Below, piece after piece: positions 49,842-59,098 of a stretch of DNA of 64,000 bases (positions within the stretch are counted from its first letter, which is position 1; the number at the start of each line of letters is the position of its first letter). The notes below the pieces were generated by a model that worked only from the letters and a program-made list of their open reading frames with translations, ran no database searches and was not told where the DNA came from. The DNA lies in assembly GCA_913020445.1 (NCBI GenBank), contig CAJWAR010000014.1, forward strand, positions 6,585-70,584. Reading direction: 5' to 3'. Origin of the DNA: an uncultured Rhodospirillaceae bacterium. GTDB lineage: Bacteria > Pseudomonadota > Alphaproteobacteria > Rhodospirillales > UBA2165. Both the position numbers and the translations under genes were made by a program.

Positions 49842-50687
49842 ATGCCAGCCGGCCTTCAGGACAAGATTGCCGCTTTAACCGGCAAGTCACCCAGCCAGGT
49901 GTCGCCTTTGTCGGGCGGTAGCATCGCCGACGTTTATAAAGTTGGTTTCTCAAATGATGCTTCAATTGTTGCCAAGCTGGGCGGCGGCCTCGAGTTGGAA
50001 GCACAGATGTTGACTTATTTGAAGGAGCGCTCGGACCTGCCGGTGCCGGAAGTAATCCATGTTGAGGACGGTCTGCTGCTCATGAGTTATCTGCCATCCG
50101 GCAGCTCGCTCAATAAACTTGCGCAAATTCATGCGGCCGATTTATTGGCGGCGCTTCATCAGATCACGGCGCCGTCTTATGGGTTTGCGTGGGACACGGT
50201 GATCGGAGGATTGCCTCAACCCAATCCGCAAACAGAAGATTGGCTCGCTTTCTTTCGTGATCACCGGTTGCTCTATATGGCACAACAAGCGGTGAATAAT
50301 GGCCGTCTTCCCTCAGGTCTTCTCAACCGCCTGCGCGATTTTTGTCATCAGCTGGATAATTGGCTCAACGTTCCGACCGCGCCCGCGCTCATTCACGGTG
50401 ATATGTGGGGTGGCAATGTATTGTGTCAGGATGGGCAGATCACCGGTTTTGTTGATCCGGCGATTTATTTTGCCGACGCCGAGATCGAACTTGCCTTTTC
50501 GACGCTATTTTCGACTTTTGGCGATGATTTTTTTAACCGCTATCAAGAACACCGCCCGCTTGCGTCCGGGTTTTTCGAAGAACGGCGGGATATTTATAAT
50601 CTCTATCCGCTGTTGGTGCATGTCTGCCTGTTCGGCGGCTCTTATGTCAACTCAGTTGAGACCACCCTAAAGCGCTTTGGGTTTTAG
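49842..50687 (+). CDS. Fructosamine/ketosamine-3-kinase family protein
   Basis: 281 aa. LIHGDMWGGN catalytic loop and DPAIYFADAE. Starts 1 nt after the LMW-PTP stop. Confidence 0.85.
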   Translation: MPAGLQDKIAALTGKSPSQVSPLSGGSIADVYKVGFSNDASIVAKLGGGLELEAQMLTYLKERSDLPVPEVIHVEDGLLLMSYLPSGSSLNKLAQIHAADLLAALHQITAPSYGFAWDTVIGGLPQPNPQTEDWLAFFRDHRLLYMAQQAVNNGRLPSGLLNRLRDFCHQLDNWLNVPTAPALIHGDMWGGNVLCQDGQITGFVDPAIYFADAEIELAFSTLFSTFGDDFFNRYQEHRPLASGFFEERRDIYNLYPLLVHVCLFGGSYVNSVETTLKRFGF

Positions 50688-50742
50688 GTGTCTGGTAAAA
50701 AAAGGTGCCTGGCACCGATTATATAAAATTCCAAATTTTATT

Positions 50743-51852
50743 TTAGATAAATAAGGTCAGCACACCGGTATAACTATAAAGCCGGTTGTTGGATATTTCG
50801 CCATTGGCATACATACCGATAATCGGCACGTCGCCGAGCACGCTTTGAACGATTTGCATTTCAGCATTGTCTTCCCCAAACATGTGAGGGCCGCGGGCGA
50901 CACAGGAAATATAGAGCCCGCCTTTAATATCTTTGCCGGACCGGTGTTTGAGCCCCGCCACCATATCGGCGAGGTCCTGCTGGGCGGCATTCACATCCCG
51001 GCTGACAAACATCAAATGGTCGCCATGCTCGACGGGTGCGGCAATGGCGAGAACACCCTCTTCCATATCGACGCCGATTAAATTGCGCACGACGTAGTCA
51101 CCGGTGTCGGAACCGACAACCGGTAACGCAGCATGGATATAGCCGGCAACTCTTTGCAGATCGCGCGCCAGGACATCGCCAATATCCTCCTGAAACACGT
51201 CGACTGCTTTACGGCCATCAAGACCAATAACAAAGTTTTCGCTGCATTCGGTTATTTCATGAACCTCACCAATCGGGCGGCAGCCTTGGCTCAGCGCTGT
51301 TGCCACTTTAATCTCCGGATTAAAAATAATGCCGGACACGCCGCCGCCGGTAACTTCATTGGCAATATGATGCTTCGGCGTAGTACAGGTGGTGAGCCCG
51401 CCAATGAGATAGCCCTCGGATTCGTTGGCGATATCGTCAATAATTTCGAGCACCTCGGCATTGGCGCAATCGGCATGGAGCAACACCAAAGGCGGGCCGC
51501 TTAGAAAATTATCATTCACCGGTTCGTTGTCATAATCCATCAAATCAACGGCATTGATGGTCGGCAGAATGTCAAATGCATCTTCAGGTAAATCGGTCGT
51601 CAATACAGCAATCGCCGGAATATCAAAATATTCATGACCCATCGCGCAGATGCCGAGTCCGGCGCTACCGACCCATTGTTCAATTCCAGTTTCATCTTTT
51701 AAGGCCTTTAGCACATCGGACAGGTGGGGAGCGACAATATCGGTGATATAGACAAAGCCAAGTGTCGCCTCGGGGTTTGGCGCGAGCTCGCGTAGGCAAT
51801 CATCTAGAGCAGATTCCCAATCGGTGTTTTGAGCATGGGCAACTTGGAACAT
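50743..51852 (-). CDS. Stand-alone FIST-domain (FIST_N/FIST_C) protein
   Basis: 369 aa. Overall pattern fits FIST sensory domains. No fused output domain. Confidence 0.7.
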   Translation of the reverse strand: MFQVAHAQNTDWESALDDCLRELAPNPEATLGFVYITDIVAPHLSDVLKALKDETGIEQWVGSAGLGICAMGHEYFDIPAIAVLTTDLPEDAFDILPTINAVDLMDYDNEPVNDNFLSGPPLVLLHADCANAEVLEIIDDIANESEGYLIGGLTTCTTPKHHIANEVTGGGVSGIIFNPEIKVATALSQGCRPIGEVHEITECSENFVIGLDGRKAVDVFQEDIGDVLARDLQRVAGYIHAALPVVGSDTGDYVVRNLIGVDMEEGVLAIAAPVEHGDHLMFVSRDVNAAQQDLADMVAGLKHRSGKDIKGGLYISCVARGPHMFGEDNAEMQIVQSVLGDVPIIGMYANGEISNNRLYSYTGVLTLFI

Positions 51853-51880
51853 TATATTTAATTTTCCTAATTGATTATGG

Positions 51881-52558
51881 CTATCTTACAAGCTTAACCA
51901 CCATCGGCAATATGCGTTTTACAATCTCATCAACGCCGCGCGGATTAGGATGAATACCATCTGCCTGGATCATCTCCGGGCGCGCGACGACGCCTTCCAG
52001 AAAAAACGGATAAAGTGCGATTTTATAACGCGCCGCCAGTTCCGGATAAATGCGATTGAACTCGTCGGCGTATTCCTTGCCAAGGTTAGGTGGCGCCATC
52101 ATCCCGGCCATCAACACACGGGTGCCGCTGTTTTTCAAGCGCTGCAAAATATCGTCAAGATTGGCGCGCGAGAGGGCGGGGTCGATCCCGCGCAAGCCAT
52201 CATTGCCGCCAAGTTCTAATAATAGTGCGTCGGGCTTATCGGCCAAGGCCCAATCGAGCCGTGCTTTCCCGCCGGAAGTTGTGTCGCCGGACACACTGGA
52301 GGCGACAACCTGCACATTGAGGCCGCTCTGTTTGAGAGCTTGGGTTAGTTTTTCAGTAAAAGAGTCGGGTTTTGGTAATCCATGGCCCGCCGATAAACTG
52401 TCACCAAATATCATTAATTTTACCGGCTCGACTGCAAAAGTTGGCGAGGCACCCCAAATTATCGTCGATAAAAAGATCGCGAGAATCGCTCCCAACAGCC
52501 AAAAACGGCTTGTCGAGTTGTGAGAAAGCGCCTTATGAACTAAATGAAGTTGAAACAT
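51881..52558 (-). CDS. SGNH/GDSL arylesterase-lysophospholipase (TesA-like)
   Basis: IFGDSLSAGHG (block I), GGNDG (block III), DGIHPN (block V). Signal peptide. ATG 52558 preferred. Confidence 0.85.
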   Translation of the reverse strand: MFQLHLVHKALSHNSTSRFWLLGAILAIFLSTIIWGASPTFAVEPVKLMIFGDSLSAGHGLPKPDSFTEKLTQALKQSGLNVQVVASSVSGDTTSGGKARLDWALADKPDALLLELGGNDGLRGIDPALSRANLDDILQRLKNSGTRVLMAGMMAPPNLGKEYADEFNRIYPELAARYKIALYPFFLEGVVARPEMIQADGIHPNPRGVDEIVKRILPMVVKLVR

Positions 52559-52569
52559 GAGTTTAATAT

Positions 52570-53295
52570 ATGTCCGAACCACACTCGAATTCAAACCTAA
52601 CGGCCGGCCCTGCGAGCAATGGAGCTATTTATTTGCAGGACGTTCACCTGACACTCGCGAGCGCGGCGGGTGAGGTTAATATCCTGCGCGGTATCTCGCT
52701 TGAGGTCGATCAAGGCGAAGCCGTCGGCATCGTCGGCCCGTCGGGTGGCGGCAAATCAACCATGATGATGGTGATCGCCGGGCTTGAGCGGGCATCCTCC
52801 GGCCAGGTTGAAACGGCAGGCATAGATTTAGGTCAAATGGATGAGGACGCGTTAGCGCTGTTCCGCCGCGATAATGTCGGTATCGTCTTCCAGGACTTTC
52901 ATCTTATCCCGACCATGACGGCACTAGAAAATGTCGCCGTGCCGTTGGAATTCGCCGGCATTGAGGATGCTAATGAGCGCGCCCGAGATCGCCTGGCCGC
53001 CGTCGGCCTTGATCACCGGCTGGAACATTATCCGGGCCAGCTTTCCGGCGGTGAACAGCAACGGGTTGCTCTTGCCCGTGCTTTTGCGCCCCGCCCGGCC
53101 ATATTGCTCGCCGATGAGCCAACCGGTAATCTTGACGGCAAAACCGGTCAAGCGGTGATGGATTTATTGTTTGAGCTGCATGATACCGCCGGCACGACAT
53201 TAATGCTGATCAGTCATGACCGGGCATTGGCCGAGCGCTGTGACCGCATCATCACCCTTGCGGATGGACAAATAACGGATGGGGAGGACGTGTGA
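52570..53295 (+). CDS. ABC transporter ATP-binding protein (YbbA/LolD-like)
   Basis: [34 protein letters not shown]. Confidence 0.9.
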   Translation: MSEPHSNSNLTAGPASNGAIYLQDVHLTLASAAGEVNILRGISLEVDQGEAVGIVGPSGGGKSTMMMVIAGLERASSGQVETAGIDLGQMDEDALALFRRDNVGIVFQDFHLIPTMTALENVAVPLEFAGIEDANERARDRLAAVGLDHRLEHYPGQLSGGEQQRVALARAFAPRPAILLADEPTGNLDGKTGQAVMDLLFELHDTAGTTLMLISHDRALAERCDRIITLADGQITDGEDV

Positions 53296-55853
53296 GCGCG
53301 ACAAAAATAAATGGCCCCAATCAACTTGCGTTAGCCCGGAAACTTGCCCGGCGTGAGCTGCGTGGTGGTTTGAAGGGTTTTCGCATATTTGTCGCTTGTC
53401 TCGCTTTAGGCGTTGCCGCCATCGCCGGGGTTGGCAGCCTCTCTGAATCGATTGAGCGCGGGCTCCAGCGCGACGGCAAAAAATTACTCGGCGGTGATGT
53501 CGCGCTACGTCTGCTGCATCGTCCGGCGAGCCAGGAACATCGGGCGCATTTCCAGGCCACGACCGAAAGCTCCGAAGCGATCGAGATGCGGGCGATGGCC
53601 AAAGACACCAAACCTGCCGGCAAACGCACACTGGTTGAGCTTAAAGCCGTCGATAATGCCTATCCCTTAGTTGGCGACATGGCGCTTAAAGATGGGCTGG
53701 CTTTAAGCGACGCCCTAAAAAAACAAAACGGTAGCCAAGGCAAACTATGGGGCGCCGTCGCCGAAAGTAATCTCCTGGTCAAATTAAAACTTAAAATTGG
53801 CGATACCATCAAAGTCGGCAAGAGCAATTTTCGCCTCACCGGCATTATTGAAAAAGAGCCGGACCGGGTCGCCAATGTCTTGAGCTTTGGACCGCGGCTG
53901 ATGATTTCTTCCGCCGGTCTCGCTGCCACCCAACTGGTGCAGCCCGGCAGTCAAATCCGTTACCGCTACCGCATTGTCGTGCCGGACGGGCAATCGGCGA
54001 CCGCCTGGATCGAAAACCTCAAAGTCAAATTTCCAAAAGCCGGCTGGCGGATCAGGAATACCGAGCAAGCCGCCCCTGGCCTGCAGCGCTTTATCGATCG
54101 CATGACATTATTTTTGTCCTTTGTCGGCCTGACCACGTTGCTGGTCGGTGGTGTTGGCGTCAGTAATGCGGTGGCGAGCTATCTCGACAGCAAGGTCAAA
54201 GTGATCGCGACCTATAAATGCCTGGGCGCCGCGAGCGGCTTGGTGTTTCGGATTTATTTTTTGCAAATTGCGGCGCTGGCCGGGCTCGGTATTTTAATCG
54301 GGCTGTTGTTTGGCGCGATTGTGCCAGCCATCGCCATTGTTGCCTTGGAAGGGGTGCTGCCGGTCAATCCGGAGCCGGGCCTTTATCCATTACCGCTGAT
54401 CACAGCGACCGTTTTCGGCGCCTTGATCGCGCTCACTTTTGCGCTCTGGCCCTTGGCGCGCGCGCGGGAAATCCCAGCCGCCAATCTGTTTCGGGATAAA
54501 GTTCAGCCCGCCCACATTCGGCCTCAACGTAAATTTCAGCTGGCTGTTATTCTTGGCGGATTGGTACTGGCCGCGCTGACCATCGCGACCGCCAATGACC
54601 GCTGGTTCGCCATCTGGTTTGTCGCCGGCACGGGGTTAGCGCTCCTACTTTTACGCGGCGCTGCCATATTGCTCGTTCATTATGCAAAAAAAATAACCGG
54701 CATTAAAAATACGGAACTGCGGCTGGCGCTCTCGAACCTTCATCGCCCGGGCGCGGTGACGTCCAGCATTGTCTTGTCACTGGGGCTGGGCTTGGCGGTC
54801 CTGATCGCCATTGCTTTGATCGAAGGTAATCTCAGCCGTCAGGTAAAAGAGCGCCTGCCGGTGATGGCGCCGGCGTTTTTCTTTATCGATATTCAACCGG
54901 GCCAGACAGCGCGCTTTGATGAGACCGTCACCAGCGTTCCCGGCACCGGCGATTATAAACGCGTCGCCTCACTGCGCGGCCGCATTGTTAAAATTGCCGG
55001 CGTGCCGGTCGAGCACGCCAATATCTCACCGGGAGCCGAATGGGCGGTTCGTGGAGATCGCGCTCTCACTTATGCGGCCACACCCGCTGAGGGCACTGAA
55101 ATTGTCGCCGGTGATTGGTGGCCGACAAAATATAGCGGACCACCGCTGATATCATTAGATGCCAATCTCGCCCGTGGCTTTGGTATCGGGCTCGGCGATC
55201 ATCTCACTCTCAATATTTTAGGCCGGGAGATTGAAGCGAAGATCGCCTCTTTACGAAAGATCGATTGGCGCTCCTTGCGCTTTGATTTTGCCATTATTTT
55301 TGCCCCGGGCACTTTGGAAGCGGCACCCCATAGCCATATTGCCGCCATCCAAGCCCCCAAAGAACTTGAAGACAGGATTGAAAAGGAAGTCAGTGACCGC
55401 TTTAACAACATCTCGATCATCCGCGTACGCGAAGCCTTACAGGCCGCCGCCAACATGCTGGATGGCATCGGTGCGGCGGTCAGATCGACGGCAGCGGTGA
55501 CGATCTTGGGCGGCACGTTGGTGCTGGCCGGAGCGGTCGCGGCTGGCAGGCGGCGGCGCATTTATGATGCCGTAGTATTTAAAGTCCTCGGCGCGACGCG
55601 GGGGACGATCCTCAAAGCTTTTCTATTGGAATATGGTCTCTTAGGCATAGCGACTTCGATCATCTCGGCGGTGATTGGCACGCTCACGGCTTGGGCTATC
55701 GTCGTCTTCCTGATGGATATGAACTGGGTTTTCATCCCGGCAGCGGTCTGGACCACCATCGCCATCTGCCTCATTGTGACGTTGATTATCGGCTTTGCCG
55801 GGACGTGGCGGGCCTTGGGTCAAAAAGCCGCCCCCCTGTTGCGCAATGAATAA
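53292..55853 (+). CDS. ABC transporter permease, duplicated FtsX-like (YbbP-like)
   Basis: 853 aa. GTGTGA start/stop overlap with the ATPase gene. Two FtsX-type 4-TM modules. Confidence 0.88.
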   Translation: MSATKINGPNQLALARKLARRELRGGLKGFRIFVACLALGVAAIAGVGSLSESIERGLQRDGKKLLGGDVALRLLHRPASQEHRAHFQATTESSEAIEMRAMAKDTKPAGKRTLVELKAVDNAYPLVGDMALKDGLALSDALKKQNGSQGKLWGAVAESNLLVKLKLKIGDTIKVGKSNFRLTGIIEKEPDRVANVLSFGPRLMISSAGLAATQLVQPGSQIRYRYRIVVPDGQSATAWIENLKVKFPKAGWRIRNTEQAAPGLQRFIDRMTLFLSFVGLTTLLVGGVGVSNAVASYLDSKVKVIATYKCLGAASGLVFRIYFLQIAALAGLGILIGLLFGAIVPAIAIVALEGVLPVNPEPGLYPLPLITATVFGALIALTFALWPLARAREIPAANLFRDKVQPAHIRPQRKFQLAVILGGLVLAALTIATANDRWFAIWFVAGTGLALLLLRGAAILLVHYAKKITGIKNTELRLALSNLHRPGAVTSSIVLSLGLGLAVLIAIALIEGNLSRQVKERLPVMAPAFFFIDIQPGQTARFDETVTSVPGTGDYKRVASLRGRIVKIAGVPVEHANISPGAEWAVRGDRALTYAATPAEGTEIVAGDWWPTKYSGPPLISLDANLARGFGIGLGDHLTLNILGREIEAKIASLRKIDWRSLRFDFAIIFAPGTLEAAPHSHIAAIQAPKELEDRIEKEVSDRFNNISIIRVREALQAAANMLDGIGAAVRSTAAVTILGGTLVLAGAVAAGRRRRIYDAVVFKVLGATRGTILKAFLLEYGLLGIATSIISAVIGTLTAWAIVVFLMDMNWVFIPAAVWTTIAICLIVTLIIGFAGTWRALGQKAAPLLRNE

Positions 55854-55997
55854 GAAATATCCCTTAGATATAAGGGATTAACCATTTTGAATTTAACGTG
55901 ACATTACCGAAAATTAATACGGTTTCTCTTGATCTCAGGCCCCTTCCTGACATATTAGAAGGGTACGTACAGCTTTAACGAATAAAAAGGGACAATT

Positions 55998-56753
55998 ATG
56001 GCTTTTGGACAAAAAGAAGATTATTCACTTCGCGCACAAGGTCTCGCGCAAGCTGAAGCATCCGAATTGGATGTTGGTCTTCGTCAATATATGCTCCGGG
56101 TATACAATTATATGGCTTCCGGCCTCGTGCTGACCGGTATTTTCGCCTATGGCGGTGCTAAAATCCCGGCGCTGCTGAACTTAATGTATGCACCAGGTCC
56201 AAGCGGCGCGCTGCAGCCTACCATGTTTGCCTGGATTATTATGTTGTCACCACTGGCATTCGTTTTGGCACTTAATTTTGGTATTCAACGGATGAAAGCC
56301 TCGACGGCACAGGCTATGTTCTGGGCCTTTGCCGCTATTATGGGCCTCTCGCTGACACATATTTTCCTGGTCTATACCGGCACCAGTATCACCCGGGTCT
56401 TTTTTATAACCGCCGGAACCTTCGCCTCGATGAGCCTCTACGGCTATACCACCAAGCGCGATCTATCCAAATTCGGCTCTTTCCTGTTCATGGGGTTGAT
56501 CGGTATTATCATTGCGTCGGTCGTTAATATGTTTATGCAGTCGTCGGCAATGGCGTTTGTTATCTCCGTCGTTGGCGTTTTGGTCTTTGTTGGCCTGACC
56601 GCGCATGACACGCAAAACATCAAGCGGATGTATGTCGAAGGCGAGCACTCGGAAACAGCCTCCAAGAAAGCCGTGATGGGCGCACTTAGCCTCTATCTCG
56701 ACTTCTTGAACCTGTTTATCATGTTGCTCCATCTTTTGGGCGACCGCAGATAA
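55998..56753 (+). CDS. Bax inhibitor-1/YccA-family membrane protein
   Basis: 251 aa, 7 TM segments, C-terminal LYLDFLNLFIMLL typical of the BI-1 family. Confidence 0.85.
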   Translation: MAFGQKEDYSLRAQGLAQAEASELDVGLRQYMLRVYNYMASGLVLTGIFAYGGAKIPALLNLMYAPGPSGALQPTMFAWIIMLSPLAFVLALNFGIQRMKASTAQAMFWAFAAIMGLSLTHIFLVYTGTSITRVFFITAGTFASMSLYGYTTKRDLSKFGSFLFMGLIGIIIASVVNMFMQSSAMAFVISVVGVLVFVGLTAHDTQNIKRMYVEGEHSETASKKAVMGALSLYLDFLNLFIMLLHLLGDRR

Positions 56754-56774
56754 TTAGAATTTTAGAATTTCATG

Positions 56775-56808
56775 AAAACCCGGTGGCTGGTGCTGCCGGG
56801 TTTTTTTG
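56775..56808 (+). terminator. Rho-independent terminator
   Basis: aaaACCCGGtggctggtgctgCCGGGTttttttgtg, 20 nt after the BI-1 stop. Confidence 0.65.
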
Positions 56809-56922
56809 TGTCTTAAAGAAGAACTTTAACGAGCCGATAATTATTAAAGCGCCTCAGGTATTTACGTGATAAAACGAATGTTGATTAGCACCTTTAATTA
56901 GGCATAAATCCGGGAGAGCCTT

Positions 56923-58371
56923 TTGGCTGATACGGCTGAGAAACCACAGGACAAATACAGGATCCCGCTCAAACGCGCCGCAGTCGATGTCAAACGGCTG
57001 CCGGATGGCAGTTTGATCCTGCGCTCCCCCTATGATTTGCCCGAGCCCGCTAATGATATTGGTGTTTGGCTGCGCCGCTGGGCCAAAGAAGACCCTAACC
57101 GCCTCTTTATGGCCAAACTTCATCGCTCCGATACGACGACGCCAAGCTGGGAGGAAATCACTTACGGCAATGCGCTTAACCAAGTGCGGGCCATCGCACA
57201 AGCCTTGGCGAAACGGGACCTATCGCCCGACCGGCCGGTCTTGATCCTTTCCAAAAACGGTATCCAGAACGCGCTGCTGCAATTGGCGGCGATGGATATC
57301 GGCGTGCCGGCGATCCACATAAATCCGGCTCTCGCCCTGGACCCCAATCAGCTGGATAGCTTCAAACATGTGCTCGATCAAACCTCACCCGGTCTGGTGT
57401 TCGCCGCCGAAGGCAAGCCGTTTGAGGTGGCGCTTCACTATGCCGCCGAGCAGGAAGCCGAAGTTCTCCTCGGCGATATGCCAATTAAGGGACTTAAATC
57501 GACCAATTTCAAAAAGTTTACCAAAGCCTGGCGCAAATCGGCAGCCAAAAAAGCCCGCGCGCTCGTCACCCCGGACACCACCGCCAAAGTGCATTTTACC
57601 GGCACCTCCCCAAACGAAATGACCGCTATTGTCACGTCACAGGCTACCATGTGTGCCAACCACGAGGCCCTTGCCCAAGTGATCCCGGCTTTAACCACGC
57701 GACCGCCGATAATCGTAGATGATGCGCCCTGGCACCGCGCCGGCAGCGGTAATCTGGTGCTCAACGCGGTCTTAAGAAATGGCGGCACGCTTTATATCGA
57801 TCGCTTTGGTTTGGATGAAGGGGATGATGTTTCATTGGTTTCGCCGTCACCATCGATCCACATTACCGAACTTGTCCCGCTCTATGGTTTGATTTCCCGG
57901 CTCGAAGAAAATGTTCTGTTAAGAAAAACATTTTTTAGAAATCTTGATCTGATTTGGATCGTCAGCGGCATGATCACGGCAGAAGCCGAGGCAAAATTGC
58001 AAAATCTCGCTGTCGAGCAAATCAATTGCCAAATACCAATTTTGACCAGTTTGACCGGTACCGGAACATCTGCTGTCAATACAGCGCGTTATTTTGCGAC
58101 AGATGAATCGAATTATCTTGAAGGTAATATCGGGCTGCCCCTGCCGGGCACCTATCTCAAACTCGAAAAGACAGATGACATCGAAAATTCGTTCTTCGAG
58201 CTAAAGGTAAAAGGCTTCGATGCCAATGGCGGCCCCGCGCTCTGGCACGAAGGCAGGGTCAGCCAAGCTGAAACCGATGAAGACGGGTTTTATGCCATCA
58301 ATGAAACCGTTCGGTTAATCGACGAAATGCGGCCGTTTAAGGGTATTGAGCGGATTAGCCGGGTGGATTGA
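56923..58371 (+). CDS. Feruloyl-CoA-synthase-like adenylate-forming (ANL) homolog, motif-degenerate and lacking the C-terminal subdomain
   Basis: TTG start with a GGAGA SD; 482 aa. The N-terminal 200 aa are collinear with FCS-type acyl-CoA synthetases. A3 is replaced by FTGTSPNEMTA, GxTE by GTGTSAV, and xxGD by INET. The ORF stops where GRxD..K (A8) would begin. Confidence 0.6.
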   Translation: MADTAEKPQDKYRIPLKRAAVDVKRLPDGSLILRSPYDLPEPANDIGVWLRRWAKEDPNRLFMAKLHRSDTTTPSWEEITYGNALNQVRAIAQALAKRDLSPDRPVLILSKNGIQNALLQLAAMDIGVPAIHINPALALDPNQLDSFKHVLDQTSPGLVFAAEGKPFEVALHYAAEQEAEVLLGDMPIKGLKSTNFKKFTKAWRKSAAKKARALVTPDTTAKVHFTGTSPNEMTAIVTSQATMCANHEALAQVIPALTTRPPIIVDDAPWHRAGSGNLVLNAVLRNGGTLYIDRFGLDEGDDVSLVSPSPSIHITELVPLYGLISRLEENVLLRKTFFRNLDLIWIVSGMITAEAEAKLQNLAVEQINCQIPILTSLTGTGTSAVNTARYFATDESNYLEGNIGLPLPGTYLKLEKTDDIENSFFELKVKGFDANGGPALWHEGRVSQAETDEDGFYAINETVRLIDEMRPFKGIERISRVD

Positions 58372-58414
58372 TAAAGATTGGCGCATTTCTATAGCGAAAC
58401 GATCTCATATTATT

Positions 58415-59098
58415 TTAAGCGTTCAATAAATCCATCGCTGCGTTGAGCTGGCTCATGCGCTGATGATTGCCATAATTGCTGTCCGGATGGTGAATCGTCG
58501 CCAACATGCGAAATCGTGCTCTGACCGTGCTTTTATCGGGCATTTCTGAAGGCGCAAAACCTAATACGTGAAGCGCGTCGGCCCGGCCCATGACACCGCC
58601 CGACAAGGGCGCAAATAACAGGACCGAAACGATTGCCTGCAAGCGCTCCATTTCTTGGCGCATCTCCTGCCATTTTTCCTGACTGGCCCGGTTTTCCTTT
58701 TTTGCCGCCGTGGCTTTAGTTTCCTGCTCGGCGTCGTCTTGGGAGTTCTGAATTCGCACCGTATGCTGCCCATCATCCAATATAAGCGCTAAATTCAGCG
58801 CTCGTCTCACAACCGAAACGTCATAGCCAGGTGACAATCGGGCTTGTAAGCGGGGCTTCCGCCGCCACGGCCGGCCCGCCGACGGACCCGATTTTAAGAC
58901 CGTTTCTTCGCGGTCTCCAGGGGGTGGGCCACCGGGATCTGGGAAACTTCGTATGACATCCTCCGGCACCACCAGCAACACCGATCGGGCCAAATCGGCA
59001 ACGTTCACTGAGCGCCGTTCGGCGAGCTTTGAAACCATATCTCTGAACACGGATGAACACGGAATCGTATAAGATTGTTTACGTGTTTTGGTTGTCAT
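58415..59098 (-). CDS. J-domain protein with an RHH-like N-terminal region
   Basis: 227 aa. The C-terminus ALHVLGFAPSEMPDKSTVRARFRMLATIHHPDSNYGNHQRMSQLNAAMDLL has the HPD tripeptide. The N-terminus YTIPCSSVFRDMVSKLAERRSVNVADLARSVLL fits a ribbon-helix-helix pattern. Confidence 0.65.
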   Translation of the reverse strand: MTTKTRKQSYTIPCSSVFRDMVSKLAERRSVNVADLARSVLLVVPEDVIRSFPDPGGPPPGDREETVLKSGPSAGRPWRRKPRLQARLSPGYDVSVVRRALNLALILDDGQHTVRIQNSQDDAEQETKATAAKKENRASQEKWQEMRQEMERLQAIVSVLLFAPLSGGVMGRADALHVLGFAPSEMPDKSTVRARFRMLATIHHPDSNYGNHQRMSQLNAAMDLLNA

